This document shows positions 35,443 to 45,872 of a DNA stretch of 64,000 bases, piece by piece. The notes beneath the pieces are model-generated. The model made no database searches. It worked only from the letters and a program-made list of their open reading frames with translations, and was not told the DNA's origin. This DNA comes from a plasmid. The stretch lies in NCBI RefSeq assembly GCF_054482525.1, contig NZ_JBTHVG010000004.1, one strand, 5' to 3'. The position numbers were made by a program, and so were the translations under genes. Each line of letters begins with the position of its first letter. Position 1 is the first letter of the stretch.

Positions 35443-38400
35443 TCATCGGCCGGGGCTGTGGGAGAGATCCTGATGCAGAGTTTTTTCCTGCCTGTCCTCC
35501 GGCTTTTGGCTGTTGGACCACTGCTGCCATGACTGCTCGAAGCCCAGGTTCCGGTACAACGCATCAGGTTGTTTTTCCGGCGTGTAGACAGCAGCAAAAA
35601 GCGGTTCTTCCCGGGTTTTCAGATGAAACTGCATAAGCTCCGGTGCAGGGCGATTCGTGCTGTCAGCATCGTGGTTTACCGCTTCACCATAACCTGCAAA
35701 GCGTAAACCTTTGTCGGTCAGCGCATTGATAACCAGCTGACTGTTGTCGGCTGATGGGGTGGCCAGTGCCGGATACAATGTGCCGTTCAGCCGGACCACA
35801 CCCTGCAGATGTTCATCGGCACTCTGGACAAGTAGCAGGTTGAGTTCACGCGTATCCTTATCCACTGATCCCAGAACAGGTGTCAGCTTGTCAGGGGCTG
35901 CGCTGGTTATTTCTGTTACCTGATTTGCGTTCTGTGGCGCGGAGACCGGATGTCGGTCTTCACCGATAAACAGATGTGAGCCGACGTTTTCTGGCATACG
36001 TAACGCTTTCATCTCTTCGGGCCACCCCTGGCTGATTTGCGCAGCCACTTTCATAAAGGTTTCGACCGGAATCGCCTGAATACGCTGACCTTTATCCGGA
36101 TTATCATGTGATACCGAGATCCCGTTGGTAACTGACTCCATGGACCACTTATTCCGGAAACGTGCTTTTTGCTCTCCCGGGAGGATGAATTGTTCGCGGT
36201 TCTGAAGTGTCAGTGTCACCACGTCACCTTTCTGATGGTTTTTGACCAGACTTTCCAGTTGTTCCCCCCAGTAGAGTTTGCTGCCACTGCGGTTTTTAAG
36301 CTCAACAAAGAAACTCTCTCCTTTGCCGGGTGCATATTCAGCACGACCAAAATTGTGCAGTACGGCAGTCACGCTCTCTCCCGGGCGAAGTTTTCCTGGT
36401 GGTTCTTCACCTTGTGCCGCATCTGCCGTTTTGCCAGGTTCAGCCGGTGATGATGCAGGGACGGTGCTGACGGTTGATGCTTCAGGGGCTACTGGGGACG
36501 CCGGGGATTGTGTGGCTTCTTTTTCCTGAACAGGGTCTGGGACTGCTGGTTGTTCAGGGGTATTCCGGTTAAGTTCCGGTGTTGGCTTATGGGTGACAAC
36601 AGTATCCTTACCGACAGCCATTTCCTTGCGTAATTTTTCGAGCGCCGCTCGCTGATCCGGGAATTTCATGCGCACTTTGATGTTGTGCTCGATGATCAAC
36701 TGCATCGCTTTTTGCTTAAAGGCATCACTGCCCGTCAGCTCAATGACACCACCATAAAAATCAGTGGCCACAGCAAGTGCAGCCAGAACACTGCGATCGT
36801 CATTGCTGGCACCGTTGACCATTTCCAGCCGGTTTACCCGGTCAATGAAGGCAGGTTTGCCATCCAGTTTGTACAGGACGGTTCTGTCTGCTCGTTCTTC
36901 ACCTTCCAGCGATTTAATGATTTCGTCCAGATTGAGCGATATCGGTGCATCAGGGCGTTCCGGGGCGTAGACAATACTGTCAGGTGCCGGTGTGGTCGTC
37001 GTGGTTTCCGGTGAGGGTGTGGGATCACTGTTCTCATGCGCCTGGGAATCCGTTTTTTTACGCGTAAAAAAGCCACGCGCTTTGTCGAGAAACGATGAAG
37101 TATTATCAGAAGATGATGTGCTCTGAACAGGTTGCTGTGGAGTGGGGTCATCCCGGACAGCCGGTTCTACTGTATCTGTTGTGGCCTGAAGTTCTGACTC
37201 ATCAGCCTGAACGTGGCCTGTGTCCGGTTGCGACGGCATATCACTGTTTTCCTGCAGATGCTCAGGATTTTCATTGTTCATCAGCTCCTGATATGTGCTG
37301 TAGTTTTCGTATTCTTCGGGGCCATCTGACTCAGGAAGGAACGGCTCTGGCTGAAGGGGAATGTCTTCAGTTACATGGTTGACCGCCTCTTCCCGGGGAG
37401 TATCCGGGGATATTCCGGTGCTTTGTTTGTCATCAGGCTCCGTCATCACGGTCATTTCCTCTTTGACTGCATCAGGGGAAGGTGATGGCTCGGCTGATTC
37501 ATTCATGGTTTCAGATGAGGGACTGTCTTCAGGGGATGCGGTGGTGGCAGCAGGGGCCGGTATTTCAGGTGAAGTGCCGGATTCCTGTTGTGACTCGTTT
37601 TTTTCCGGTTGTGACAGTTCAGCTTCAAATTCACGCCAGTCTTTATCTGTGGCCACCGAGACAACTTTTTCCGGAGGTTCCGCCGGATGAGCGGGTTCAT
37701 CAGGGGCAGACGCCGTTGTACTTTCCGGGGACGCCAGTGATTCTGCAGGGGAGTCCTGAACTACAGAGCTTTCCGTTTGCGCCTGAACGTTATCAGCGTG
37801 CCGCTCATCTTTGCCGTTATTTTCAGTGGCGTGACTGGTAAATGACTGTGTTTCATCAGCAATGTTACTGCTGGAAGCAGCTGGTTGTTCCTGCTGCGTG
37901 GCGGACGGCAGAGAAGGTCCCTGGTCATGGCTGTGCCCTGTATCGGGTGATGTTTCAGGATATTCTGTCGGAGTCATGGTTTTTTCCTCAGTGTGGACCG
38001 GTGTAAAAACGAGGTTGCCTATCACCAGTGCCTCGCGCATTTCCGGGGTGTTACTGTTGGGGGTGGAAACCCCGATGTGTTCTAACTGGGCGTTGATGAC
38101 ATGCTGAAAAGCGGCCCGTCCCCGGCTTGCGTCCAGGTCATTGAAATCGGTCAGCCCCTGCGCTTTTTCGGCATCGGTGAACGCAGGAAAGATGACCGAT
38201 CCTCCTGTCAGTTCTGCGGCTTTTGTTGCACTGACGATACCTTTGTTAACCCGGATTGCATGATCGTTGTCGGCACAGAAGATAAAGGGGCTTTGCGTCC
38301 ACTTTTGCCGGGCATTTTCGGCAACGGCAATCATGTTGCCTCCATCCACCGTCATCAGTACCGGAAGGCCCGTGGCTTCGTGCAGGGAGGCCGCAGTGGC

Positions 38401-39246
38401 ATAGCCCTCGGCAAACAGTACCGGCTGACCGTTGCGCGGTGTGCCCAGCGCAAACCAGTTACCGGTTTTCTCCGAATCTATCAGGATGCGGGCATCTTTC
38501 CCCCCGGTGACCGGAATACGCTGGTAAGAGCGTATCGCGCCGTTACGGTTACTGAAGGGAATAACCAGTTCATTTTTGTTGTTTACCCGCACCCCCGGTG
38601 CAGCCTGAATGCCTTTCCGGGTCAGGTATTCATGTGCTGTGGCCTGCGGCCATTTGTTGATATAGCGGCGGGCATACGCGGCCTGTCGGTTGTACTGTGC
38701 TTTCAGTTCCCGCTCCGCGTCCTCCCTGCGTTGCATTGAATGCGCTTTCAGGTGGAGTCTTGCGCGGGGATCTGTCTGTTCTCCGCCGGAGAAGGTCCAG
38801 GTGATCGGCGAATTATCCGCGCTGCGATAATCCCTGTACCAGCCGGCAGGTCTGCCGTCCAGGAATCCGCGATATGCGCCACTTTTTTGTCCTTTTTTGT
38901 CATCGGCGGTCGGGACACGGTGGATTTTCCCGTCCATGACCGGCAGTTCTTTCAGAACCAGTCCGGCATTCTCCAGAACCTGGGCAAACTCGGTGACCGG
39001 ATCACTGCCGTTCATGGAGACGTCCTGTGGCCGGGGCAGCCAGCGGTCCAGCCTGGACAGGTCCGCCCCCGGGCGGGCGAACCAGAGTTTGTGCTCCTTG
39101 TCCCAGATGACGGGCGTGTGCCCGTTCATCGGGGGATGTGCTTTTTTGAGATCTTCTATTTCATCTGCAGGCACGGCAAGCCAGGTGCGGTAGCGGGATA
39201 CAGACGGCATGAGTGCTTCTCCTGAAAAAAGACGGAAAAAAACCAC
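35443..39246 (-). CDS. sogL: SogL DNA primase (1267 aa), transferred to the recipient; sogS would be an in-frame internal start
   Basis: N-terminal primase domain, a long acidic Pro/Ser/Glu-rich low-complexity linker (about 37.0-38.0 kb) and a C-terminal domain. Size and position match R64. Confidence 0.88.
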   Translation of the reverse strand: MVFFRLFSGEALMPSVSRYRTWLAVPADEIEDLKKAHPPMNGHTPVIWDKEHKLWFARPGADLSRLDRWLPRPQDVSMNGSDPVTEFAQVLENAGLVLKELPVMDGKIHRVPTADDKKGQKSGAYRGFLDGRPAGWYRDYRSADNSPITWTFSGGEQTDPRARLHLKAHSMQRREDAERELKAQYNRQAAYARRYINKWPQATAHEYLTRKGIQAAPGVRVNNKNELVIPFSNRNGAIRSYQRIPVTGGKDARILIDSEKTGNWFALGTPRNGQPVLFAEGYATAASLHEATGLPVLMTVDGGNMIAVAENARQKWTQSPFIFCADNDHAIRVNKGIVSATKAAELTGGSVIFPAFTDAEKAQGLTDFNDLDASRGRAAFQHVINAQLEHIGVSTPNSNTPEMREALVIGNLVFTPVHTEEKTMTPTEYPETSPDTGHSHDQGPSLPSATQQEQPAASSSNIADETQSFTSHATENNGKDERHADNVQAQTESSVVQDSPAESLASPESTTASAPDEPAHPAEPPEKVVSVATDKDWREFEAELSQPEKNESQQESGTSPEIPAPAATTASPEDSPSSETMNESAEPSPSPDAVKEEMTVMTEPDDKQSTGISPDTPREEAVNHVTEDIPLQPEPFLPESDGPEEYENYSTYQELMNNENPEHLQENSDMPSQPDTGHVQADESELQATTDTVEPAVRDDPTPQQPVQSTSSSDNTSSFLDKARGFFTRKKTDSQAHENSDPTPSPETTTTTPAPDSIVYAPERPDAPISLNLDEIIKSLEGEERADRTVLYKLDGKPAFIDRVNRLEMVNGASNDDRSVLAALAVATDFYGGVIELTGSDAFKQKAMQLIIEHNIKVRMKFPDQRAALEKLRKEMAVGKDTVVTHKPTPELNRNTPEQPAVPDPVQEKEATQSPASPVAPEASTVSTVPASSPAEPGKTADAAQGEEPPGKLRPGESVTAVLHNFGRAEYAPGKGESFFVELKNRSGSKLYWGEQLESLVKNHQKGDVVTLTLQNREQFILPGEQKARFRNKWSMESVTNGISVSHDNPDKGQRIQAIPVETFMKVAAQISQGWPEEMKALRMPENVGSHLFIGEDRHPVSAPQNANQVTEITSAAPDKLTPVLGSVDKDTRELNLLLVQSADEHLQGVVRLNGTLYPALATPSADNSQLVINALTDKGLRFAGYGEAVNHDADSTNRPAPELMQFHLKTREEPLFAAVYTPEKQPDALYRNLGFEQSWQQWSNSQKPEDRQEKTLHQDLSHSPGR

Positions 39247-39299
39247 CGCCGGAAGCCGGGGGTGGCTGGGGGGATAGAAAATCGGGGGAGAAATGTTTG

Positions 39300-39851
39300 T
39301 CAGGGTCTCCAGTCTGTACCCTTATTCCAGCGATCCTGCCAGTGTTCAAGATATTGTGCGGCTACATCCGGCATATTCTTGAGCACAACGACATTCTCTG
39401 AATTCTTGCGTGCAGCAGCACGAGAGAAGTTATAGGAGCCAGTTTCAACCGTGTTTCCGTCAACAATGATGACTTTGTCGTGATGGATGGGGAAGGCATC
39501 TACAGTCCGGAGAGGAATGTCCAGCAGGTTGATATATTTCATCGCTTCCTGACTTGCCCGGTTCGTATTCCCCTTGTCATCAACAACAATACGGACGTCC
39601 ACTCCGCGTTTTTTCGCTTTTGCCAGCGCATGCATTACATCCGGGTCGGTGAAGGAATATGCCATCATCCTGATGGAGCTTTCCGCACTGTTGATTGTGT
39701 CAAGCACCAGAGCGGATGCGCTTCCTTCAGGAGAAAAGCCGACCTTCACGGATGGCGTGTCGATCATTGCAAACGATGGTGTCGTGAACAGTAACGGGCA
39801 TGCCAGTAGCGATACCCGGAGCAGAGTAACGATAGTTTTTTTACCTGACAT
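39300..39851 (-). CDS. nuc: Nuc, phospholipase-D-family periplasmic endonuclease (183 aa)
   Basis: Signal peptide MSGKKTIVTLLRVSLLACP... followed by a PLD/HKD nuclease fold (...HHDKVIIVDGNTVETGSYNFS...). The ORF track over-extends it to 40211; the ATG at 39851 gives the canonical length and avoids overlap with traK. Confidence 0.85.
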   Translation of the reverse strand: MSGKKTIVTLLRVSLLACPLLFTTPSFAMIDTPSVKVGFSPEGSASALVLDTINSAESSIRMMAYSFTDPDVMHALAKAKKRGVDVRIVVDDKGNTNRASQEAMKYINLLDIPLRTVDAFPIHHDKVIIVDGNTVETGSYNFSRAAARKNSENVVVLKNMPDVAAQYLEHWQDRWNKGTDWRP

Positions 39852-39865
39852 AAAGACTCCAGAAT

Positions 39866-40156
39866 TTAATCGAGGCCAGTCCAGTCTCGTGGTGATTCCG
39901 TATGGTGGCGATACCACCATGGACGACCGGAGGCGATGGCCCCTCTCAGAATGCTGAAAATGCGAGTACAGATCGTCCTGACAGTCCAGCCTGAACGGTC
40001 GAGAATGACGAAAAATAAAATGATGCCGGTGCAAATCCAGAAGGTTGTTTTGGAGGGAAAGGGGCATATAAACAGATAAATCATGGTGAACGGCAGAGGT
40101 ACGCCCTGGATGTTGACTGGCGGTGTTGCATATCGCCAGAAACCTTCTCTTTTCAT
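39866..40156 (-). CDS. traK: TraK (96 aa), membrane protein
   Basis: Small hydrophobic ORF between traJ and nuc. Confidence 0.55.
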   Translation of the reverse strand: MKREGFWRYATPPVNIQGVPLPFTMIYLFICPFPSKTTFWICTGIILFFVILDRSGWTVRTICTRIFSILRGAIASGRPWWYRHHTESPRDWTGLD

Positions 40157-41301
40157 GACCGTAACTCCCCTGGCGGGATAAAAAGAATCGCTTCTCTTCG
40201 GTCAACTTCATTCCGGATATACATTTCCAGAATCTGGTCCCGGATACGGCGCTTCTCCTGCCGGATTATGGCATCAATGTGATGCCCCCACTCTGCATGC
40301 GGCATTCCGGAAAGATTGTCGCGAAGCTCATCGTTAATGACGATATATTCCCGGACGGCTTTACGACCACCGTCATTTGTTCTGACCAGAACCTGAACCA
40401 GAATGAACTGCAACAGTGACAGGACAGCCCAGGCCATCGAATCCCTGATGACAGGGGGAAACAGCCCAAGAAGACGTGCCAGCGTTTCACCAGGAGATTT
40501 CGTATGCATGGTGCTCAGGCAGTAATGCCCGGTGTTGCCTGCCTGTACCGCTGCGTCGGCGGTTTCGTTATCCCTGATCTCACCAACACCGATAATTTCG
40601 GGATTACGTCGTACAGCAGAACGCAGTCCGGCAGCAAAACTGACCACATCACGCCCGATTTCTGCCTGATGCGGTGGGAGCAGATCGTTTTCATTTCCCA
40701 GGATATATTCCACCGGGTCTTCATATGTCACGATTTTGGCGTCGGGGAAATTGTCCATAATGTAACGGTACAGTGCTGAACACAGCGTTGATTTTCCTGA
40801 CCCGGTTTCACCACATACAAATCCCAGACCGCTTTTGCAGACCATTGCTTCAAGCAGGTCTGGTTCAATGTTCATGGAGAGAATGTCCGGTATTTCTGTC
40901 GGGATGACACGCATGGTTATTGAGACTGCTTTCTCCTCTGCACCAGATGTGCCCTGAATGAGGTGAGAGCGTAACCGGATGCGTTCTCCGCGTTTAAGAC
41001 CATAGCGACCGGATGCATCCCCGTTAATCTGTATCGTCCTGTCAACCGGATTGCCTGCCAGAACGCGGGGAACGACTTCCCGACCGAACAGTTCATCAAT
41101 CAGGGAGGACATGAGTGTGGTTGGTAACGTTGCACTGGAACAACGCACCCGTCGGCCAAAGCGACTGACAGATACAGGTGACCCACCGGTCAGATCCACA
41201 TCACTGACTTTATGTGCGGCACACCAGACAAAGAAATGCCGTAATTCATCTGCAGTGAAACGCTGAAACGGAAAAAGACCAAACTCATCAGGAATATTCA
41301 T
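40153..41301 (-). CDS. traJ: TraJ, PilT/VirB11-like secretion ATPase (382 aa)
   Basis: Walker A GETGSGKST motif; size matches R64 TraJ. Confidence 0.85.
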   Translation of the reverse strand: MNIPDEFGLFPFQRFTADELRHFFVWCAAHKVSDVDLTGGSPVSVSRFGRRVRCSSATLPTTLMSSLIDELFGREVVPRVLAGNPVDRTIQINGDASGRYGLKRGERIRLRSHLIQGTSGAEEKAVSITMRVIPTEIPDILSMNIEPDLLEAMVCKSGLGFVCGETGSGKSTLCSALYRYIMDNFPDAKIVTYEDPVEYILGNENDLLPPHQAEIGRDVVSFAAGLRSAVRRNPEIIGVGEIRDNETADAAVQAGNTGHYCLSTMHTKSPGETLARLLGLFPPVIRDSMAWAVLSLLQFILVQVLVRTNDGGRKAVREYIVINDELRDNLSGMPHAEWGHHIDAIIRQEKRRIRDQILEMYIRNEVDRREAILFIPPGELRS

Positions 41302-42116
41302 CGGGAGCCTCCTTCAGTGCCTATAAGCGGACGCCAGTGAGATTTCTGAAGATTGAATTCCGCATGATTTTTAAGGCGACGAACACGATCTCCAGTGACC
41401 AGTTTTTTCCCGTCACCTGTAACGGTTTGCATTTGATCAGAAACATCCGGACGGGTGATCATGCCCTGACGCCAGAGAAGTGAGTACAGCATCATGCCCC
41501 GGTAATCACGGGTGAGGGTTTTCTGGTTGGCTTCAAGCGTCAGGTCGGCGTTTTGTCTTCCTTCCTGCCATCCCTGCCGTAATGCGGTTTCCCACACTTT
41601 TCGTTGCACGCTGTCTTCTGGAACGACGCTGCCTTCTGTACCCGGAGTGGCTGTTGTTGAAAGCCCCCGGAGAAGCCAGTCACGCCAGCCCGGTGGATTG
41701 CTGACAAAGCGTTCAGGGCGAATGATGGTCCAGACCCGGGAAGAGGTCCGGATTTGATCTGGCGTGATATGAGCTACGTCCTGTGCTTCATCAATAACCG
41801 GTGGTAGCCAGCCTTCCGGGCTAATCAGTGGCCGGAAATCGTATAAGGCATTAAGTGTGCTTTCCCGGGCGTTGAGTGCCTGAATCAGCTCCCATGAACG
41901 CTGAGCCTTGCCACCACGAAATCCAAGCGTTTTACCTGCGTCGGTCAGCATTTTCCAGCGTGTTTCTGACAGACTATCCGGCTTTTCACTTCGTGGTTTA
42001 AGCCATGCATTAATGTCAGGTGGTGGCGTATTGACACCACCTGGCGAGATGGTAGGGGAAGAAGAACAACCAGTAAGCAGTATTACTGGCAAAATGAGAG
42101 AGGTGAGTGCTTTCAT
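41298..42116 (-). CDS. traI: TraI lipoprotein (272 aa)
   Basis: Lipobox LTGCSS; size and position match R64. Confidence 0.7.
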   Translation of the reverse strand: MKALTSLILPVILLTGCSSSPTISPGGVNTPPPDINAWLKPRSEKPDSLSETRWKMLTDAGKTLGFRGGKAQRSWELIQALNARESTLNALYDFRPLISPEGWLPPVIDEAQDVAHITPDQIRTSSRVWTIIRPERFVSNPPGWRDWLLRGLSTTATPGTEGSVVPEDSVQRKVWETALRQGWQEGRQNADLTLEANQKTLTRDYRGMMLYSLLWRQGMITRPDVSDQMQTVTGDGKKLVTGDRVRRLKNHAEFNLQKSHWRPLIGTEGGSR

Positions 42117-42571
42117 TTTTTCCGGTTCTCCGGCTGCATGAAGCTGACCTGTAACAAGCCCGGATATTGATGGATTGTTGCTCTCCAGGCTGTCTGGGCT
42201 TCAATAAGTCTCAACGTATTGGAAAACGTCATATCCCGGACGTGAAGGTTGACTGGTAACGGCAGGCGGACACCATTGTAGTTAAACTGCATCCCCCTGA
42301 CTCTGGCCAGTTCGTTCAGTAATTCAATTGCATCACCTTCCCAGTCAAAGGAAAGGCGATCGCTGTTAGCTGTCAGAAGATGAGACCCCGTTGAAACCGG
42401 AAGTTGGCCGGAAAACACACCTTTGTCCCATAATGTGTACTGAGTGTGCCGGGTAACCGCCACATCAGAGGCAGCACCGTAGTTACGCGGAACAGGAGTA
42501 TGCTGAGAAGGGGAGTTGCAGCCAGCCAGAAAAAGGGCGGCAAGACACCCCGCAGGTATAATACGGTTCAT
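42113..42571 (-). CDS. traH: TraH lipoprotein (152 aa)
   Basis: Lipobox LAGCNS; position matches R64. Confidence 0.65.
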   Translation of the reverse strand: MNRIIPAGCLAALFLAGCNSPSQHTPVPRNYGAASDVAVTRHTQYTLWDKGVFSGQLPVSTGSHLLTANSDRLSFDWEGDAIELLNELARVRGMQFNYNGVRLPLPVNLHVRDMTFSNTLRLIEAQTAWRATIHQYPGLLQVSFMQPENRKK

Positions 42572-42777
42572 AATAATTCCTGAGCAGTTAAATCAGAATG
42601 GGATATACCGGTGCTCCGGTACAGACAGGATGATGTTTGTTTCCGGCTATACTTGCGTTACCGGAAATAAATGCCAGTGTGGCCAGGTAAATAGCCTCAT
42701 AGTTTACTGAAGGTGATTATTCCTGATACTGGCTGGTTGATGTGTCGTCAGACATAAAACGAATATGAGCGTAATCT

Positions 42778-42910
42778 TTAACGCTCCGCGCCGAATCGAT
42801 CCATGATGGATGACTCGACGATTTATGAATCGAACGTACCGGCGCTTGTCCCTGAAACAGTTCCCGGCCCTCGTCCGGATGACCTGCAATTCAGACAGGC
42901 ACATGTGCCC
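42778..42910 (-). promoter_or_regulatory. conserved tra regulatory module, copy A (upstream of traH)
   Basis: Shares motif 1 (ttaacgctccgcgccgaaNcgatcca) and, about 95 bp away, motif 2 (gcaRttcWgacRRRcaYat, where R is a/g, Y is c/t, W is a/t) with copies at 62171..62297 and 63233..63360. Confidence 0.5.
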
Positions 42911-42965
42911 GTACACTCTTGTATCTTACTGAGTATATCAGAATTTATGTAAATTCAAATATCCT

Positions 42966-43550
42966 CTATGCCTCTTTGTTGTATTTTCCGTCAAGTATGA
43001 GCCGGGTACCATCGTAATGCATGATCAGGGCATCAAGGTACGCCGGTTTGAATTTCTTGCCGAGCCTATCTCTGGCCAGAAATGATAAACAATGATTATG
43101 TGTCATTATTACTATGTTCCTTTTATGAGATTCTCTTGCGATTGATTCAAGCGTCTTATAAAGATCATTATTGCAGTCTGATAAACTGTCCATAACGACG
43201 GGGTCTTTACCGGAGAAGAATTTTGCAGTTTGTATGGTTCTTACCGCATTGCTGGAGTAAATATCATATTCACTGAAGATTGTTGCGAACTTAATACCTT
43301 CCTGCTGTGCTTTCTCTGTACCGGTAATAGTGATTCCGCTTTTATCCGAATAGCATGGCATATCTGAACGGTCGCAACGTTCTCCATGGCGGAAAAGGAA
43401 AATAACGGTGTTATCAGCATTAATTTCTTTTGCCTGTTCTAGGGTGATATCGGGAAGCGAGCTTTTTGCTTTTGTCACTGCAGCTACCAGGAAAACAGAA
43501 AATAAAAGAATGAATGCTGTCTTTGAATAAGAAGAACGTGGTTTCATCAT
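42966..43550 (-). CDS. traG: TraG, histidine-phosphatase-superfamily protein (194 aa, secreted)
   Basis: Signal peptide and RHGER catalytic motif (FLFRHGERCD), similar to Ais/PmrG-like phosphatases. It sits in the traG slot of the R64 order. Confidence 0.65.
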   Translation of the reverse strand: MMKPRSSYSKTAFILLFSVFLVAAVTKAKSSLPDITLEQAKEINADNTVIFLFRHGERCDRSDMPCYSDKSGITITGTEKAQQEGIKFATIFSEYDIYSSNAVRTIQTAKFFSGKDPVVMDSLSDCNNDLYKTLESIARESHKRNIVIMTHNHCLSFLARDRLGKKFKPAYLDALIMHYDGTRLILDGKYNKEA

Positions 43551-43609
43551 GTTATTTAAAATGAATATAAAAATACCCCCGGGTTTAGTGCCGGGGGCGG
43601 GGACAGTAA

Positions 43610-44812
43610 TCAGAAAGTGAACTGAAGTTGTGCCATTGCACCGTAATCGTGGTCAGTTCCTACCAGGCCGGAAACATCGATATGTACGACGTCAAATGGA
43701 GAGATACCAACGCCAGCGGTGAAGGCGCTTCCGGAGTTTGATGCCATGTTCTGACGATAACCGGCACGCAATTGCGCCCATTTCCATGCGTTAAATTCAG
43801 CACCAACACTTGCAAACTGACGTTTGCTGTCAGAAGTGAAGCCACTGGCAGGAGTCAGATCAACGTCAAGAGCAGTGGTAAACAGGTCATTATGCCAGGA
43901 TACACCGGCGGTTGCCTGTGGACGAACTTTGAAGGTTTCTTTAAAGCCATTGACGACTTTAGTATCAATACTGCGTGGAATGATGTTCTGGGCAACAAGA
44001 CCGACAGTCCAGTTGTCATTCAGGTCTGTATAAGCACCAATATCGGCGTTGAATCCGTTTTTCGTGTTGTGGTACTTGTCACCGTCAAAATCGTCTTTGT
44101 CGTAATCACGAACCGTTACGTTGTAGTTAAACAGGTCCACACGCTGATATTTTGGTGTGACGCCAAGAGACCATTTTTGTCCGGCCGTTTCCAGTTCTTT
44201 GGCAAATGAAATTCCGACGTCGGTAATTACAGCTGCACGCCCGAATGCGCGTGAGGTCAGGGCATTCTTATCGACGTCGGTAATTGTTCCATTGGCAACT
44301 TTGTCCAGATAATCCAGGTCTGCATCGTTTACTTTTCCGTTTACGCTGACAGTTCCGTAAGACTTGACCATAAGGGCAAACGGCAGAGTGTCATTTGCCA
44401 TGGCTGCTACAGCTGATACACCTACCTGAGCATCTGCATTGATATTGCGGAATTCCTGCAGACGATGTTTAAGATTTGCCGCTGCCTGTTGTACGCCATG
44501 CTGGTTATCTACAGCACTGTCAAACAAATCCCAGTCATCTTTAACATCATCAGCTTTATTTGATACATCATCAGGATCAGCAACTTGTGCCCCAACAGAC
44601 GGCAGAAGAAGGCTGAAATCATCATTGCTGTTGTGCTTTGTCAGTAAAGCCGGGTTTGCCAGAGGTGCCACACCATAATGGGAAGATGCTACCCCGGTGC
44701 CACCCATTGCATCGTTACGCGCTTCAAAATATGACGTTGCTGCTGCAGCGTTAAAGGAAAATAATACAGCAGATGCAATGATGGTGCGGGTAATATGATT
44801 TTTCTTCATCAT
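43610..44812 (-). CDS. traF: TraF, outer-membrane beta-barrel transfer protein (400 aa)
   Basis: Signal peptide, alternating beta-strand pattern and a C-terminal ...LQFTF outer-membrane signature. Size matches R64 TraF. Confidence 0.7.
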   Translation of the reverse strand: MMKKNHITRTIIASAVLFSFNAAAATSYFEARNDAMGGTGVASSHYGVAPLANPALLTKHNSNDDFSLLLPSVGAQVADPDDVSNKADDVKDDWDLFDSAVDNQHGVQQAAANLKHRLQEFRNINADAQVGVSAVAAMANDTLPFALMVKSYGTVSVNGKVNDADLDYLDKVANGTITDVDKNALTSRAFGRAAVITDVGISFAKELETAGQKWSLGVTPKYQRVDLFNYNVTVRDYDKDDFDGDKYHNTKNGFNADIGAYTDLNDNWTVGLVAQNIIPRSIDTKVVNGFKETFKVRPQATAGVSWHNDLFTTALDVDLTPASGFTSDSKRQFASVGAEFNAWKWAQLRAGYRQNMASNSGSAFTAGVGISPFDVVHIDVSGLVGTDHDYGAMAQLQFTF

Positions 44813-44897
44813 TTAATTTCCTGTTTATCAGAATTTAGACAAAACAACGCTATGACACGGATGTGCCGTAAATTTTTACTTTGGTACTATCTGGTAT

Positions 44898-45722
44898 TTA
44901 CCAGGGTAATAAAGACGTATTAAATAAGCTAACAGGTAGTATTTGCCCTGTAATAAGGTTTCCGGCAAGGCCAGGTCTCAACGTAACGCGTCGCAAAGAC
45001 ATTGTTGTATTCTGCCTGGTTGTATATTCAGTTAACCATTTTCTTTTTTCATCGTTCAGAAGTGTTGGTGATAATGATAGTGCCGGATATATTACAGAGC
45101 CATTTATTTCTTTTTCCTGTCTCAATATTACCCCGCAATATTCTCTTTTCGTGTTTCCTGCGAAGGGGAAACTATGCCAGAAAATAACTTCAGTGTTGCT
45201 GCTATTATTAATAAGCATTCTGAAATTATCAGCAGTATCTGGCCATTCACCGGACAACGCTATCGGATAGTTTTCATGGCCATTCAGCCAGTCCGGATTG
45301 AGATTAAAACATTCAGCAAGATGTTCGAGAGCGTCAGCTGAAAGATAGTCTGCAAGTCTGGCCGGGTCCTGTATAACCGTGGAGCGGATATTCCATGGCG
45401 ACAGCAATGTTGCCAGTAATGGCGCATTTATATCATGCGACAGCATGATGTATTCAATTCTGCTTATTATGTTTCCTGTGGTGTTATCCGCAGGCATAAA
45501 CATATTATGAAGAGCATCCTCAAGCAGGATTCGGGTTAAATCAGCGGTGGATATGGCTAATTGTTCGCTCATTATCCCCAGAACTTCTCTTACCCCTTGT
45601 GGGTAACGGACCTGCAGAGGTGTCGGGTTTATCTGACGACCGTTGATGAGTTTTTCGCCGATTGCTTTTTTGTCCAGCGAGAGCATCATTCGGGCCGCAA
45701 TACCGGTCGTATTCAGTCTCAT
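44898..45722 (-). CDS. traE: TraE (274 aa)
   Basis: Position between rci and traF, as in R64. Confidence 0.55.
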   Translation of the reverse strand: MRLNTTGIAARMMLSLDKKAIGEKLINGRQINPTPLQVRYPQGVREVLGIMSEQLAISTADLTRILLEDALHNMFMPADNTTGNIISRIEYIMLSHDINAPLLATLLSPWNIRSTVIQDPARLADYLSADALEHLAECFNLNPDWLNGHENYPIALSGEWPDTADNFRMLINNSSNTEVIFWHSFPFAGNTKREYCGVILRQEKEINGSVIYPALSLSPTLLNDEKRKWLTEYTTRQNTTMSLRRVTLRPGLAGNLITGQILPVSLFNTSLLPW

Positions 45723-45872
45723 TGTTCCTCCGACTGAAAAAGTCTTTTCAGCTCATGTGGTTATTGTATCTTCGGTGTTTTTTCTGGTGAAACGAATAAT
45801 TTCGATCATGCAGATCGAATGTGTTTGGCGAGTTGTTGCAACTCGCCTTTCTGTATGTGTTTTGAATGATGT

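Noticed and set aside
42966-44812. Ais-like histidine phosphatase and outer-membrane beta-barrel initially suspected to be acquired cargo
   Set aside because: Their order, orientation and sizes (194 and 400 aa) fit the traG and traF slots between traH and traE of the IncI1 backbone. They have signal peptides consistent with transfer-apparatus components.
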